Shown here in pieces: positions 38,101 through 51,878 of a DNA stretch of 64,000 bases. This DNA is from Tubiluchus corallicola (Eukaryota > Animalia > Priapulida). Under the pieces are notes generated by a model. That model saw only the letters and a program-made list of their open reading frames with translations, was not told the origin of the DNA and ran no database searches. The DNA lies in contig JAQGDQ010000190.1 of NCBI GenBank assembly GCA_030141605.1, positions 350,638 through 414,637 on the forward strand, in the 5' to 3' direction. Position 1 is the first letter of the stretch. Every line of letters starts with the position of its first letter. The translations under genes and the position numbers were made by a program.

Positions 38101-40065
38101 TTATTACACTGTTATACCTTAAGCTTCCAAAATAGAAATTAGTACTTCTCGTTGTTTCATCGTCATATGAAGATCAAGCTGAAGTAAAGCTGAGCTGTTG
38201 ATCAAGCTGTTTCAACGTACATAGGGAACTTTTCACGACTAGCCAAGCTTTGCATTCAGAGTGCGATACAGACTTGCAGTTCATCATTTAACGCTAGACG
38301 TGCTAATTAACGTCATTCTGTAAGCGTCTTGAAATTCGCCTTGAGACTCTATGAACAACGGAAGTTTGGTATGAACGCGGCCATTAGCGTCAGATTCTTC
38401 CTCTAAAATCTTTCAGCTTATTGTAGTTATTTATAGTCTGCTGTAGTGCTTCCTGTGTCTTACGCTAATGGTAATTTATTTCTGCAGCTTGTTATAATCA
38501 TAACATATCGACCTTACCGCAACAAAATTATGAATCTGGTAAATACAAGTAGCAGTCATAGCAAATAAACATGAAGTTGTCATGTATAGAAAATACAGAA
38601 AGCACCATGAAGTACGTCGATATAATAATTATTTACATAAGCATTTGCACGAATATGCCTATTGGCGTATCAGGTGCCGTCGAAATTATACACGTGCTTT
38701 AGATTTTTTCTGGAAAGCCAAAACATGTTGACTGCAATCATGGCAATCAATATATAGGCCAATATATCACTGTCACATAGAAGTAACTACTAGGATTGTA
38801 TAAAGTAGGCCTACATTTGGCCGTTTATGTTATATGATCTCATCCAAAAGTTTCAATTTGGAATGATAATTTTTGTACGTCTAGGTTCAAGAGTTAGCTT
38901 TTTCCTTTAAAGTAGTTCGGAATTATAAAAAACTCAAGAAATACAAAGGTCCTTCATACGGAAATTAAAAAAAGACGAGTGAAATATTACGTACTTCATG
39001 TTTATTTTACTCTCTAATAAGTAATGAAAGTTGTAATAGCTTGATGCCTTGAGGAAAATATTAGGTGCACCAAAATTTGCCGGAACATTGCTCAATTTTT
39101 TGTGTGGAAAGTACTATCGAACTGATTAGGTCCGGAGTATGTAGGAAGTGACTAATATAACAAGTAGTATCGCAGGACAGTTGTCTTGAAGTATCTTTTG
39201 AGGATACTCCAATTTTCAAGGTCACTTTAACACTCAGAAAAAAAACTGACAATGCACGATGGTAATCATTTTCAAAAGTCAATGTGCATTAGGCTAAATG
39301 GAAGAGAAACACTTTTAGTGATGGAAATTTGTTTCACGTGTGTTCTGCTTACACGCCTTGCTGGACGCTTTGCAGTATGCATGATTTAGAGGAAACGTCC
39401 TTTTGTACATCTGATGATACTAATCAAAGCCGGGCTTTTTAAAACTGCAAATAACATCAGAGGATTTTACAATTTCGCGCAAGGTTGCTCGAATCCCAGC
39501 TAAACGAGACTTTACAGAAAATTTGAAATTAAACGTATTTCAATCAAGGTACTTACATTAGTCAAAAACAGAAAATATAGCATATATAGTCATAAACAGT
39601 GAATAACCGTAGAAGTAATATAAACAAAACCACGTGTGTAGAGCTGCGTTACACGAAGAGATAAAAACAGAAAACAATGATCATTTCGTCTTTATTCAGT
39701 CTGTTTTATCGTTCAACAAATTTCTAGCCCTAAATAGAAATTAAATTATTGAATTGTATAGACAGCATGCTAAAGCTGCGGCTAGAGCTAGGATTAAAGA
39801 ACAAGCCAGGGAAGCTATGGAATCAATCACGGGATCTCAAGATGGGCGCACCAGAAGAGTAGTCCTCTGTCTCTTCGGCAGAGTTTGTTTTACTTTGAAA
39901 ATCTTTCTAGTAAATAAAGAAGCAATTTGGATAGAGCGACCTAGAGTTAGGTTAACAAAGAGTTTTGATAATCTGAGTCACATCGGTTGTCTCATGCCTA
40001 CGGGGGAAAATTACTGTCTAGGTAAGGAGGCTCCTGAACATTCTATACGAAAACTCATATTTGTG

Positions 40066-40283
40066 GATGACGACGATGACAACACAATAATGATGATGAT
40101 GATGATGTGACGATGACAACGACAACGGCGACCATGATGACGATGATGATTTTTATTTTGCCTTTTCTATCGTATGGCGACGACAATGATGATGATGATG
40201 GTATGGCGATGACGATGATGATGATGATAATGATGATGGTGGTGGTGTAGGGGTGACGACGATGATGACGACTTGATGGTGAT
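40066..40283. repeat. Degenerate (GAT/GAC)n microsatellite
   Basis: Seen directly. Confidence 0.85.
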
Positions 40284-41390
40284 CATTTTCCCTTCTGCAT
40301 TTTTTATTTGAAAACGAAGGTAATGTGATTGGATGTAAAGTCTTAAACTCGACAGAACACAATTTTCCTAGCAATCTAATTTCATGCAACGTTTCCTTGT
40401 TTTATGGCTCAACCAATCTTTCCGGTATTTAGATTGAATCTCATTCAAAACAATAGGTTAAGTAACAAATCTCTCAACTTCATAGTATGATCCCTCTAGG
40501 TTTTCACGTTGTCACGAGACTTTGATGTACTAGAACGGCGGGAACAAAAATGAAAATGCAAAATCTGCACAAAAAGTAAATACGATGAACGAAATCAATT
40601 CGAAAAAGCACTCCATTTCATTTAAAAAAACGAACGCCGAAGTTTGATAGGAAAAATAAATTATGATTTGTTAAACAAAACCTGAAGGGAAAAATGCATG
40701 TAGTGAAGATAAAATACAGACGTAGTGTGTAGGCATTTTGCTGTTGTCCTACTTTTTAGTACGTTGAGTTGTACATAAATATAATATTTTGTTATTTTAT
40801 TCCAAGTTTAGTAAACAGAAACGCGGCAAAGTGATCAGCTATTTTTTTACTCAACTCACGACATCACATGTTTAAAAATATCGATGTGGTGCTCGTATAC
40901 GAAACACCGACGATTGTCTGACATTTTATTATAATAGTTCGCATGACTTAACACGAGTAGTATTATGCAAGGCTTTCATTCACCAGCGAACTGTAAACTA
41001 ACACCGCGAAAAATGTTCACGTTTCACCAGGAATTTAATCATTACTAACTTGAGTTATTCACAGTGAAGCAACGCTTTGAGCAATGATAGTTAATTACAT
41101 TCCTGACTAGGAGAGCTTCCACAGCGCATGCGCATCGATGTAATGCGCGTAAAAGGACAATAATTTACCTTTGAGGATGATGTTACATTACTGTAAACTC
41201 CATTTAATAACAGATAATATTATAGGGGTGCCCTTTCAAACTATGTAACGTCATTCAATTATATGTTGCATCGTGTAAAGGGCAGTCGTTCCATTGTCCA
41301 TAATTATCTCGATTGATATTTTAATTATATGCATGTCTAATGCACAACTATTTCTATTGCACCTAATGCATTATTTATGCGCACTAAAAT

Positions 41391-41595
41391 TATTTATTTA
41401 TTTATTCATTCATTCATTCATTCATTCATTCATTCATTCATTCATTCATTCATTCATTCATTCATTTATTCATTCATTTATTCATTCGTTCATTCATTCA
41501 TTTATTCATTGATTTATTCAGCATTCATTCAGCATTCATTCATTCATTTATTCATTCATTCATTTACTCATTAATTTTATTTATTTATTTATTTG
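41391..41595. repeat. (ATTC)n/(ATTT)n microsatellite
   Basis: Seen directly. Confidence 0.95.
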
Positions 41596-44071
41596 TCCAT
41601 TTATTATGCTTATAATAGTGTACTTTGTGTTCGACTTGGTAATCTATTTGCGTTGTACTAGATAAGTCTCTGTAAATTATAAATTAATATGGATGCCAGT
41701 TCCAGTTCAGAAACAAAGAAAAAACATCTAAGGGAAGACAAAATGATCCCAGAGGACAACTTCTTGCTGATATTTGTTTCAATAACAACCAAAATCAGTA
41801 CGTGAACAATTATGTCGTAAATATTTTGAGACTGAGATCTATTCGCCCAGTAAATGTGCTTCCAGTTTTCGAAAACCACTACGCCCTTCAATGATTCTGT
41901 ACTTTATAAGCAATTATAGATGAAACCTCCCATTCCCAACAGTTATTTATCCACTTACTGGCCAGGCTCGGCAATACTTAATTTCGGTTGCTAAGTTTTC
42001 ATCATGGCCTCTCGGTTATATCCCGTCCAGCTTTCATTATGCAATGTTCTAGTGTTTTTCTTCGTGTTTTTGTCCCTTATAGACCCGAGAAATGTTGTTT
42101 AGCTTACACAAAAGGTGTGTAAAGCTCTTTAGTTTTAAGTCCTTGGTTGGCAATCCGTAACTTGTGTGAACATGGGCGAAAGTAGTATGTTGTTTACACA
42201 CTGGACGTAAACAAACCGCTAGTTCACCCATCCAAGGGTACCATCATATGGCGCCATCTGCTATCAAAAAATCACATTATCTATTCGGTTAGCACTCCAC
42301 GCGCATTCTCTCAAACGTACAAGTACACATAGAATTATCACGGATTTGCGTGAACGAGTTCGACTCTGCCGTAAGGCATTTCGTTACAGTATTGCTAACC
42401 GGTTCCTACAACCTGCGCAAATTAGGGGCGGTCAGGCTGTAATTTTATATAAGGTTTACCTTGAATTACTTATACCTTGCTAAGTCTGTCTTCAATCTGA
42501 AGTTATAAATTTCATCGTCATCTCTATACTATGACTGTTGTGATCCTGTAAGTAACGTTATGTGATCCGCCTAACCTTGTTAGGTTATCTTTTCTTCTTT
42601 AATAGTTATGTGCTAATTTGGGTACGTCATATACGTGATAACTTAACACTGATAGAGTGAATGTAAAATTAGTGCATTGTGCTTACTTTGATAATTACGT
42701 GATAATCGGTGCTTTAATTATGCGTTTGACTGTCCATCTATGCTTTGCCTAATGTGATATATTTAATGTAAAATGTGCTGTGATAATAAGTAATAATATA
42801 TACTCGCCAAAGTATGTAAGTGATTATAATAAATTATATTTTGTGTGGCCACTTTTTAATTAAATAATTGTGCTTTTTTCTAATATGCAAAGTCACCAAA
42901 TTGCGTATTTCATTAACAACAAACAGTTTTAATCATTAACTCATATACGTCCGCGTTAAGCATTTTTTCCTATAAAAGAACAAATTAGACTATTTCCATC
43001 CACAATTTCATGTTTAGAACCAGGCCAATGTCTTTCCCGCAAACTAATGGAAAAAATTGAGCATTTTTCAAAAGAATTTGCTACTTTTATTCCGTGGATA
43101 GAACAGCCTATATAGAAAAGCAGAAAAAAGAAACAAAAAGGAAACACATGTACGTGTACATTAAAGTGGTTGAGTTAAGATAAGCGAAATAACACAGTTT
43201 AAAGCTTACAAATATAAGACCGTCATCACAACTATAACTTCTCACGTTCGAGGCAACTACCAGTCAGCTCTTGAAGCAGACACCGTGACGGATTTTTAGA
43301 ACTTTAGAATTATCAGGGCCGCTGACCTCTCCGTCAGGTATGGTCCAATAAACCCCTGCCGAATTGTCAGTTTTCCATTCTGAGTTTCTGGCAAGTGTCT
43401 ATCTAAGTCTATTATGATACACTAATAATAGTGTAGTAATTGTCATAAAACAGTAAAGGCTGCATGTAATGTTACAGCCTAAAGTGTTTAGTGCACAGGC
43501 AGCTGCTAAGTCGACGCTGATACCTAAAGAGTATGATCCATTAGCAGAAGCATAGGCAGAAGTTTATGAAAACATGCAGTACGAAGTTCACATTAGAGGT
43601 AAGTAGGCATTCTAACTGTACTACGCATATTACAGTTAATTTAAATCAATCAAAAGCATCTAAATGCCTTACGATGCCTTACAAAACGCCAACTTCTGCA
43701 CATGCATGGGTGCTGTTTCACACTGCTTGAACGACAGTAATTCTCGTTGTTGATTCTGGGGTAATAACACTGCCCGTCAATAATAATAATTATACGCTCA
43801 TGTTCCGCTGTATAAACTATGTTTCGCTAGTATTTAGGTTTAACTCAACATAAGCGTCTCACAGCGATGTATAATAGTGGAAATCTCTTTATGGCACTGC
43901 AGCGATTAAGCACAGTGCTCCATCTACCAGGAAAGCTGAAAATTAAGAGGCCACAAAATTGTGAAGTGTAGCCGATATTAAATATAGCAAACGATTTTGT
44001 TGGTAAAAATTTTGCAGTAGCTTGATATTCTAATGTGCATGAAAAATTTAGTTTCAGGTTAACATGGCGAC

Positions 44072-45331
44072 ATGAACAGATGCAAGTCACTTATCTCAGG
44101 CAGTCTGCTGGGGTTATTTTTACTTTTAGTGCTTTCACAGTTACACTTTTACAACGAAACAGCAGACGAGAAGCCAATGCAAGATAAGCTTCAGAAATCT
44201 TTCTTCTCTTCAGAGTCATCTATCGGGCTAAAAGCAAACGAAAGCGAAATGACGTTTGCAGATGCGTCTAATAAATCAAATGGATTTAAGGCGAAAGAAA
44301 ACGGTGAATATAATGATGAGATAGGCAGAACAATTTCTGGTGCTAAGGATGACAAATTGCCTTGCGAAGGAGGCAACTGCAGCATTTTATACGATAATAA
44401 AAGTTCCTATTCAGAAAGTGGTATAGCATGCACGACGGAATGCCATTCTGAAGTTTTCTCTGAAAAATACGGCCACTTTAATCCTAATTTCCGGCCAGAA
44501 ACTGTTTCGTTTTTGTACCACCCGAAGTTCATGTGCATCAAATCAAGACCGCGTGTTCTCGTTGTTGTATTTTCAGTTGCTGAAAACACAGAACGCCGTG
44601 CAGCTATCAGAAAAACATGGGCTTCCAAAGTTAGAAAACACATATATAAGTTTTCCGTCGTGTTCCTGCTTTTTGTGAATAATACTAATGTTGTGCACGT
44701 AGAAAACGAAAGCAATAGGTATGGGGATATTATTCAAGCACCAATCGAGGAACATTATTATAATTTAGCTCATAAATCAGTGATGATGTTAAAATGGGCG
44801 ACTAAGTATTGTAATCAAGCGAATTTTATTGTAAAAACAGACGACGATTCGTTTGTCAATATCCCACTGCTAATGTCACACTTGAGCTCATTATCAAATT
44901 CAAAAAATGTGTTATTTGGATTTCTGTTTCATAAAGGCACGCCTAATCGTACGCCGGGAAGTAAGTTTTATATTCCGACCTGGATGTACGGGAGAGACGA
45001 GACACCGGATTTCTTATCCGGTGCAGGATATGTGATGTCGGCAGATGTGGCGGCTAAGCTTTACAAACAGTCTAGAAAAACTAAGCTTGTTTGGCTCGAA
45101 GATGTTTTCATTACAGGAATCTGCGCAGAGGGTGCGTCAATACCTCGAGTCCACAGCGAGTTGTTTAGAAAAATTGATAAAAGTGCTAGAACGAAATTTA
45201 AGAATATTAGTACAAAGATAACAACCAAAGCTGTGTGCGTTTATCGTAAAAGTATCGTTGTACATAGGGTGTCAACTGAGGAATTGATGTTCATGTGGAC
45301 AAAAATCGAAGATGAAAAGTACAAGTGCTGA
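44072..45331 (+). CDS. B3GALT1: Beta-1,3-galactosyltransferase (CAZy GT31, B3GALT1/5/brainiac-like), single coding exon, 419 aa
   Basis: N-terminal signal-anchor of a type II membrane protein, then RRAAIRKTW, ESNRYGDII, YYNLAHKS, KTDDDSFVN (DxD), FLSGAGYVMS and LEDVFITGICA. In-frame TAA at 44060 and acceptor TTTCAG at 44057. Confidence 0.95.
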   Translation: MNRCKSLISGSLLGLFLLLVLSQLHFYNETADEKPMQDKLQKSFFSSESSIGLKANESEMTFADASNKSNGFKAKENGEYNDEIGRTISGAKDDKLPCEGGNCSILYDNKSSYSESGIACTTECHSEVFSEKYGHFNPNFRPETVSFLYHPKFMCIKSRPRVLVVVFSVAENTERRAAIRKTWASKVRKHIYKFSVVFLLFVNNTNVVHVENESNRYGDIIQAPIEEHYYNLAHKSVMMLKWATKYCNQANFIVKTDDDSFVNIPLLMSHLSSLSNSKNVLFGFLFHKGTPNRTPGSKFYIPTWMYGRDETPDFLSGAGYVMSADVAAKLYKQSRKTKLVWLEDVFITGICAEGASIPRVHSELFRKIDKSARTKFKNISTKITTKAVCVYRKSIVVHRVSTEELMFMWTKIEDEKYKC

Positions 45332-45459
45332 AAACACTGTACAGTTTTCATTAGAGCAATCAAAATCAAAGTTTTTTATGACATACTGAGTAACAAAGTG
45401 ACAGCAGTACCATGTGAGAATGCAAGTTTGTGTAAGAGGATATATTATAATTGGCATTA

Positions 45460-45927
45460 CTTACATGACTTATTAGCTCAGCTTTTTTTCTGTGCTTAGC
45501 TCAACTATTCAACTTAACTATGATTTGTTGCAAGCTGTCAAATGACATTTCTGAATTGAGCCTTTTTGAATGTCAAATACTGAAGCTGACAGCGCAGCTG
45601 TGACAAAGACCTTGTAGTGTCTTATAAATGCGAAAACCCAGATGTATTCTGTACTGCCATTTCATGCAAATATTCTTTTACTGTAATCTTGTGTGTTTAG
45701 TATGTTATTACAATACAGACAAGACAAATATAATATTCACGCCAGAAATGGTAGCAGCTGTAGATAGTTTAGGGATATCACGTTGACAACGTATTTTTGC
45801 AATCATTGTCTGTCAGCATTGTCTGTGCAAAAAGGCTCAATTGAAAAGTGTCATTTGACAGCTGGCAAAAATCGTCGTTAAATTGAATAGTGGAAAAAAA
45901 TGCGGAGATAATAAATCAAGTAACCTA
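45460..45927. mobile_element. MITE-like element with about 100-130-bp imperfect TIRs just 3' of the galactosyltransferase stop
   Basis: ACTATTCAACTTAAC...AGCTGTCAAATGACATTTCTGAATTGAGCCTTTTTG (about 45504-45568) is the reverse complement of CAAAAAGGCTCAATTGAAAAGTGTCATTTGACAGCT...GTTAAATTGAATAGT (about 45828-45891). Weaker pairing extends outward. Confidence 0.8.
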
Positions 45928-46453
45928 ATTTACACAAACTTTGATACTCACATGCACTGCCGTCCAAAGGTTTTCAACACTTGCAATGGAAAACACGATT
46001 CTGTTAAGACTGGAGAACGGGAATTTTGAAAAGACAAAATTAAGTTATTTTTGATTACATTTTGCGCTGTCAAAGACGAATTTGCGTTTAGGGGAAAGAC
46101 ACGGAAATTATTCAGTCTTGTGGGCTCTAGAAATGCACAACTACGCAAAATCGTTGATCAATAAAGCAATGATGAAATCTCAGCCAGTTTAGTTGTTTGG
46201 TTTATAGATTGCTGGTGCAGGTTTTTATTCAGGAGCAGAAATATGACACACAGCCTCACAATGGTTACTTAGAAGCGCAGAATACATTGAACTATGCGTT
46301 TGCTCTATATGTAAAGTAGTAAAAAATAACAAAATAATGGCTTAGAAAAGACGACTTACCTAATCACCGTTTAACAAACTTCCAATCCAAGAAAAAACCA
46401 AAAATTCTATAGTGCATTTATTTTGACATATAGCTAATAGGCATCTTACTCTT

Positions 46454-46590
46454 AGTAGTAGTAGCAGTAGCAGCAGCAGCAGCAGCTGCGGCGGCGGTGG
46501 CGGCGGCAGCAGCAGCAGGAGCAGGAGCGGCTGCAGCGGCAGCAGTAGCAGCAGCAGCGTCAGTAGAAGTAGCAACAGCAACAGCTGTAG
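46454..46590. repeat. (AGT)/(AGC)/(GGC) compound trinucleotide microsatellite
   Basis: Seen directly. Confidence 0.9.
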
Positions 46591-46751
46591 TTTATTCCAA
46601 GCAGGATAGCCCAATAAGGTTAGTACAAAAACAAAACAATTATTTGTTATACACAAATTGATTTTGAAGGACAAGAAAACAAAATTCTTACATAAAGCTA
46701 AAAAAGCGTCTTGAGATTTTGTATTCGCGTACATACAATCTTGCTTTATAA

Positions 46752-47010
46752 AGAGCTTGCATTAACGGTAACGCCGTATGAAATTTGTAAATTTAAACTC
46801 CTGAGCTGGCACTTAGGTGCAGCTATTTTAATAGTCAGTCAATGAGTAAGAAATGAGGCAAGTTTTAATAACATTGCGTGAAGATGGCAAAGTAATCAGA
46901 ACATTTGCAACACACACTTCGCAAAAGTTAATAACAACCCTTTTTTGTCAGCAAAGATAATCTTTTGGCGAACTAGTGACATTTTTGGTGCCCACTGGGA
47001 TGTTGAATCA
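46752..47010. repeat. Interspersed repeat, copy 2 (homologous to 29664-29900)
   Basis: AGAGCTTGCATTAACGGTAACGCCGTATGAAATTTGTAAATTTAAACTCC...TTAGGTGCAGCTATTTTAA...TGGTGCCCACTGGGATG. Confidence 0.7.
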
Positions 47011-50000
47011 ACGATGTTTTAACAGTTTGTCTTAAATTATTAAGAATTTTCTTTTTAAGTTACAAAGTCTATCACACAGGTAAGGATTATATTATAAGTG
47101 ATGTAACTATGACTATAATTTTGTGTGGAAGGTTTGTTGGAACATACTATAAAATTTGTTTTCTTCCCGTTTACACGTAATTTACGAAAAGTAAGCTTAT
47201 CCACAGGGAGTTCAGGGATTACAGTCTTGAATAATATAAAAATAATAATATTTTTCACGATGCTACACACGCATACGTGCGCACACACACAAATGTCTGC
47301 ACACGCACGTATTATTCATTATATATAAAGGAGTAAAATGAAAGGCCACCAATTTTCTCCTGAAGACTTAGAAGATCAATTTGGACAGCTTATTGCGTGC
47401 TTGTTGAGTTCACTAGTTTATCAGTAAGCATGAGCTTCTTCAGGCGAAAGGTTTACGCTGATAAATGGTATAAATTGCAACTGATCTGCTTAAGTCTGCT
47501 CTTCTTTTCTGTCACAGCTCCTTTGAGTAAGTCCTTACAAGTGGCAATGCGTCACGTTTAGACGCCTACTGCATGTGCGTTTGTCAATACTTTGACGTAC
47601 ATATTAGAATGATTACCCTCTTCTTACTTGTCATTTACCAAAGTACTGATTTGAACTTCAAAAATCTTGGGGACTGTAATTTGCATTTGTTAAGTAGTTA
47701 ATCAATTTATGTTGAGTATTTTTTAACAAAAACTGCTTTAGATAAACTAACGGGACTCGCAACAATATACCCCTTAATATTTGGTAATTAATAGGATTAT
47801 ATTACAAAAGAAAACAGGTTTTTTGTCATACTGGGAGAGAAATCCTACCTATTGTTCTGTTGAATATAACCCTATAATGCTGAGGGTTATAATTATGAGA
47901 AAATACTCTTCACAGAGGCAGCCGGAGAAATAGAGGACATTGAGAAATGTGTACGCTACTTAAGGAAACGCTACAGGAAACGCGTATATAAAATTGAAGC
48001 TGTATGAGTTAGTAATAGATGTCTAAAAAGTCGTTAAAACTTACAATAAAATGCTGAACAGGCCATTTATAAAAGAGCGTAATAACTGATCCTTTTTTGA
48101 ACTATACCTTAGGCAAGAAAGGCAAAGACAAGATTTATTTACCGTCGCTCAGTTAACAGACAACATTAGCAGTAACGGCTATTTAGCGATTCACACGACA
48201 ACAAACAACGAACAACTTGTAGGGTATGTCGAGGTGTATGCAGCCGCTAGTCTCGAACTCAAGACCGCATGGTTGCAGTCCGAAATCTAGATCGCTCTGT
48301 CACCCAACCCAGGACTGTTTGACTGTCAGCGCTCGGCCCTTGTTTTCCATCTATGTAGCTAGTAATGGCTACGACTGTGTAACATTGAAAAACAAATCAA
48401 ACTAGACTGCTGAGCCATTTATTTTGGACTTCTTAAACAGTATTTTGAAACATTTTGAGTTTTGATCTTAAATTTCACACTGTTTTAGTTTAAGCTTTTA
48501 ACTGATGTCCCCTTGTAAAAAGCTGCGAATTACTGATTCTCACATACCCAATTTTGCTAGTAAAAAGATTTTATCTCATTCTTTAAAATATGAAATACCA
48601 ATGTCATCTTCTGAACAACATTCGGCCACTAAACTTAAAAATTAAATTATACATGGTATAGCTGGCAAAAAACGTTCTGTACATTTAGTGTAGAAAAATG
48701 AGTGATAAAAGAAGAATTCTTTCGTTCGGTGTTCTGTGCTTATAATATAATGCAATGTAAAGGTAACATGCACATCTTAATCAAGATTTGGCGCGTAAAT
48801 TAATTTAAACAAACAGCTCGATTCAATTCATTTTTGTTTCAGCAAAAAGGTATACCACGTATAAACATGCAATAAAAGGAAAGTTATGTTTTTTTCAAAA
48901 TTTTAGGCAGGCTGGCACCCAGTGGCTGCTGCTTAAAGTTTTTTTTATTACCGCTATAGCTGGTATGGGTCTTTTCTGAGTAAGGGTAAGAGACAAGAGC
49001 CGTTTCTATGAACGTTCGTTTAATATCAAAATTGTCGCTGGTGCTTGGTCGATGTAGGACAATGTCAAAGAGCTTATTTTGTCAAACGTTTGCTGGATCC
49101 AACCTCAACTCTGAGGGACACAAACATATATTGGTTCCCACATAATCCTAAAGAATTCAAGCCAAAAGATTGCTAATAAAATGGGACAATTAAAATATTA
49201 TATGTTAATTTTATAGCAATAATTAAAATAATTGCTAATAAAAATTACATCTCTGAAATGTCAGTAAAAATTGACCATAAAAATTACTTGTGTAAGCTAC
49301 GGATAACAAAAAAAGCTTTCAGTGCTAGCGATTGGCTGTTTGTCAACTGGCCAAGCACAGCCTGCTCAAGATTTTGGAGAAAAAAGCAAATGTGTCTTAC
49401 GTTAGTTTTGTTAGTATATTACCCCTAATACTTCCTGATCTTGTAAACGCAATATATGTGTAAGTGATCAATACCACAATTAGCATTGATGATGCTAATT
49501 ATACTGAATTGGTACTTAATTGAGTTTGCGTGGACATTATTCCAAACCGTTAAAGCTGCTGAATTCGTGATGAGAAACTGTAATCGTAATTACTGAGCCG
49601 CCATTAGATCCCACTAGTGATGCAGGACAGGAAAAGTTTAGGAAGGTCAAACTTCCATTTTTTGTTCAATTCATTGTCAGTATTACCAAAACTAAAACTT
49701 TCGTGATTTTTCTGTAAAACGGTAATGAACGTAACACACATTGCAATAAAAATTCATCGTATGAAAAACACTGGTAATCAAAAAGAATCTAACAGGACAA
49801 TTCTTGAGTTTCAAATTTTATGTATTCAAAAAGCAAGACGACATTAAATGATTTAACTTTACCTTTAGCGGCCGTACCACTATGATTGTTTCGACTTGAG
49901 TGGTAGCTGTCATGATAATAATGTATGATGTTCCAGATTAAGAAAAGAAACACGATTATTAAACACAACAATATGTTTTACCAGTGGGTGAGTGAAGTTC

Positions 50001-51311
50001 AAAACGGCTGACAGACAAGTTTGCAAGAAACGCGTTATTCCAGTTATGCAAACTCTGTCCATGAAACTGCATTAAAAATACTGGGTGGAGTCGCTATCAC
50101 TGCGTGGAGAAGGCGAACGAATCTTTGCCTCTATTGTGTTTTGCTTCCCCACAAATTTTAAATGTCACTAAATAGCAAATTCGTAATCTGATCGTTATTA
50201 CGTAAGCATTATACAGGATTTTACTGCGGTAGTGACGGTATTGTGCAAACTGGCGTTATGCGATTCTGTAGACTTGAGCACAAGAGCACTATAAAACGAT
50301 CCTATGGTATTGAAAACTACGACAGTTTTAAAAATCCATCACAGCAGAATGCAACAGTACGCACCGCAAGCACAACGCTGTAATATCTCAGTTTGACAAA
50401 TACAGCGAGACGGTAATGAAAAGTTAGCAGCAGTAATTACCAGACTCCCTTCCTGAGAAGAATTAGTTGGTTTAAGCTGCTTTACACTGCGAAATTTTCA
50501 TTGATTTCCACGTTAAGAGATCTTGCACAGAGTTTTGCTCAGCCAAGCTGCAATGCTGACATGTGCAGAAGCCAAGCCAGGGGTAACACGAAATAGTTGT
50601 AAGTTACTATATAGCACACCCTTGGTCTATTTGTGTGCTGTTACTGCTGCTGCTGCTTCCACGGGGATCATTTCACAAAACAAGAACTTCACAGATGACC
50701 AAGTTTGCACGTAGGCACTGGTTACTATCAAGATAGTTATTCATTGCTCAACCGCGCACCACATAGTGACATTGATTAATAATTTGTTAAGCTGCATCAT
50801 TGATAAGTTGACTATGAATTGGTCAACAGCTTGTGTCAATATGTTCCGTGCGGTATTTAAGCAATGATTTATTGATTGCTCATAATATTATTTTAACAGA
50901 GAGGAGAGCAAATGCCCACACCGAGGCGAGCCGACATATCTTATGTGCGTTCTTGTTGTCATCATCATTATCGTCAATTGTCATAGTTAATTGTCAACTG
51001 CCACACTGTTATTGGCATATGGTGATGGTGACGGTTGCGATGATGATGATGATGATGATGCATTTTAGCGACCGCTAGTTTAAAACTAGTTTATTAGTAC
51101 GAGATCAGAAGATTTTTACAACTGATATGTGTATCCTCTCCATGCACACACAGCAAGACATACTTTACAAACTTTGCAACTATTTATTGTTTAGCAGCAA
51201 AAATTTATAGAACATTATCTATTATTATTGTGAAATCGGTTTGTACAAGCTATATAGTGTTGTACATAATCAAATATTTTGCAGTTTTTATTAAAATGAG
51301 TATAACAATGC

Positions 51312-51878
51312 TTGTGTTGTTCAAGTTGTTTGCTCGGACTGTTGCTGTAGTAGCTGTTGTGATGTTCCAGTTGTTTGCTCACACTGTTGCTGTGGCACAT
51401 GTTGTGTTGTTCCAGTTGTTTGCCCGCACTGTTGCTGCAGCAGCTGTTGTGTTGTTCCTGTTGTGTGCCCGTACTGTTGCTGTAGTAGCTGTGTGTTTTT
51501 CCAGTTGTTTACCCGCACTGTTGCTGTGGCAGCTGTTGTGTTGTTCCAGTTGTTTGCTCACACTGCTGCTGTAGCAGCTGCTGTGTTGCTCAAATTGTTT
51601 GCCCTCACTGTTGCTGCAGCAGCTGTTTTGTCGTTCCAGTTGTTTGCCCGCACTGTTGCTGTAGTAGCTGTTGTGTTGTTCCAGTTGTTTGCCCGCACTG
51701 TTGCTGTAGCAGCTGTTGTGTTGTTCCTGTTGTTTGCCCGCACTGTTGCTGTAGTAGTTGTTGTGTTGTTCCTGTTGTTTGCCCGCACTGTTGCTGTGGC
51801 AGCTGTTGTGTTGTTCCTGTTGTTTGCCCGCACTGTTGCTGTAGTAGTTGTTGTGTTGTTCCTGTTGCCCGCACTGTT
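51312..51878. repeat. 45-bp minisatellite (TTGTTTGCCCGCACTGTTGCTGTAGTAGCTGTTGTGTTGTTCCAG) x about 12
   Basis: Tandem array seen directly. It explains the repetitive ORFs on both strands. Confidence 0.95.

Noticed and set aside
38110-38170. Alternative first exon for the TMEM47-like gene (AAG|GTATAA donor on the minus strand)
   Set aside because: The ATG-led frame hits TAA before the donor; the 34566-34528 exon fits better.
41124-41133. NRF1-like GCGCATGCGC, plus a YY1-like GCGCCATCT near 42251, as promoter elements
   Set aside because: Plausible promoter region for B3GALT or TMEM47-like, but motifs alone cannot place a TSS.
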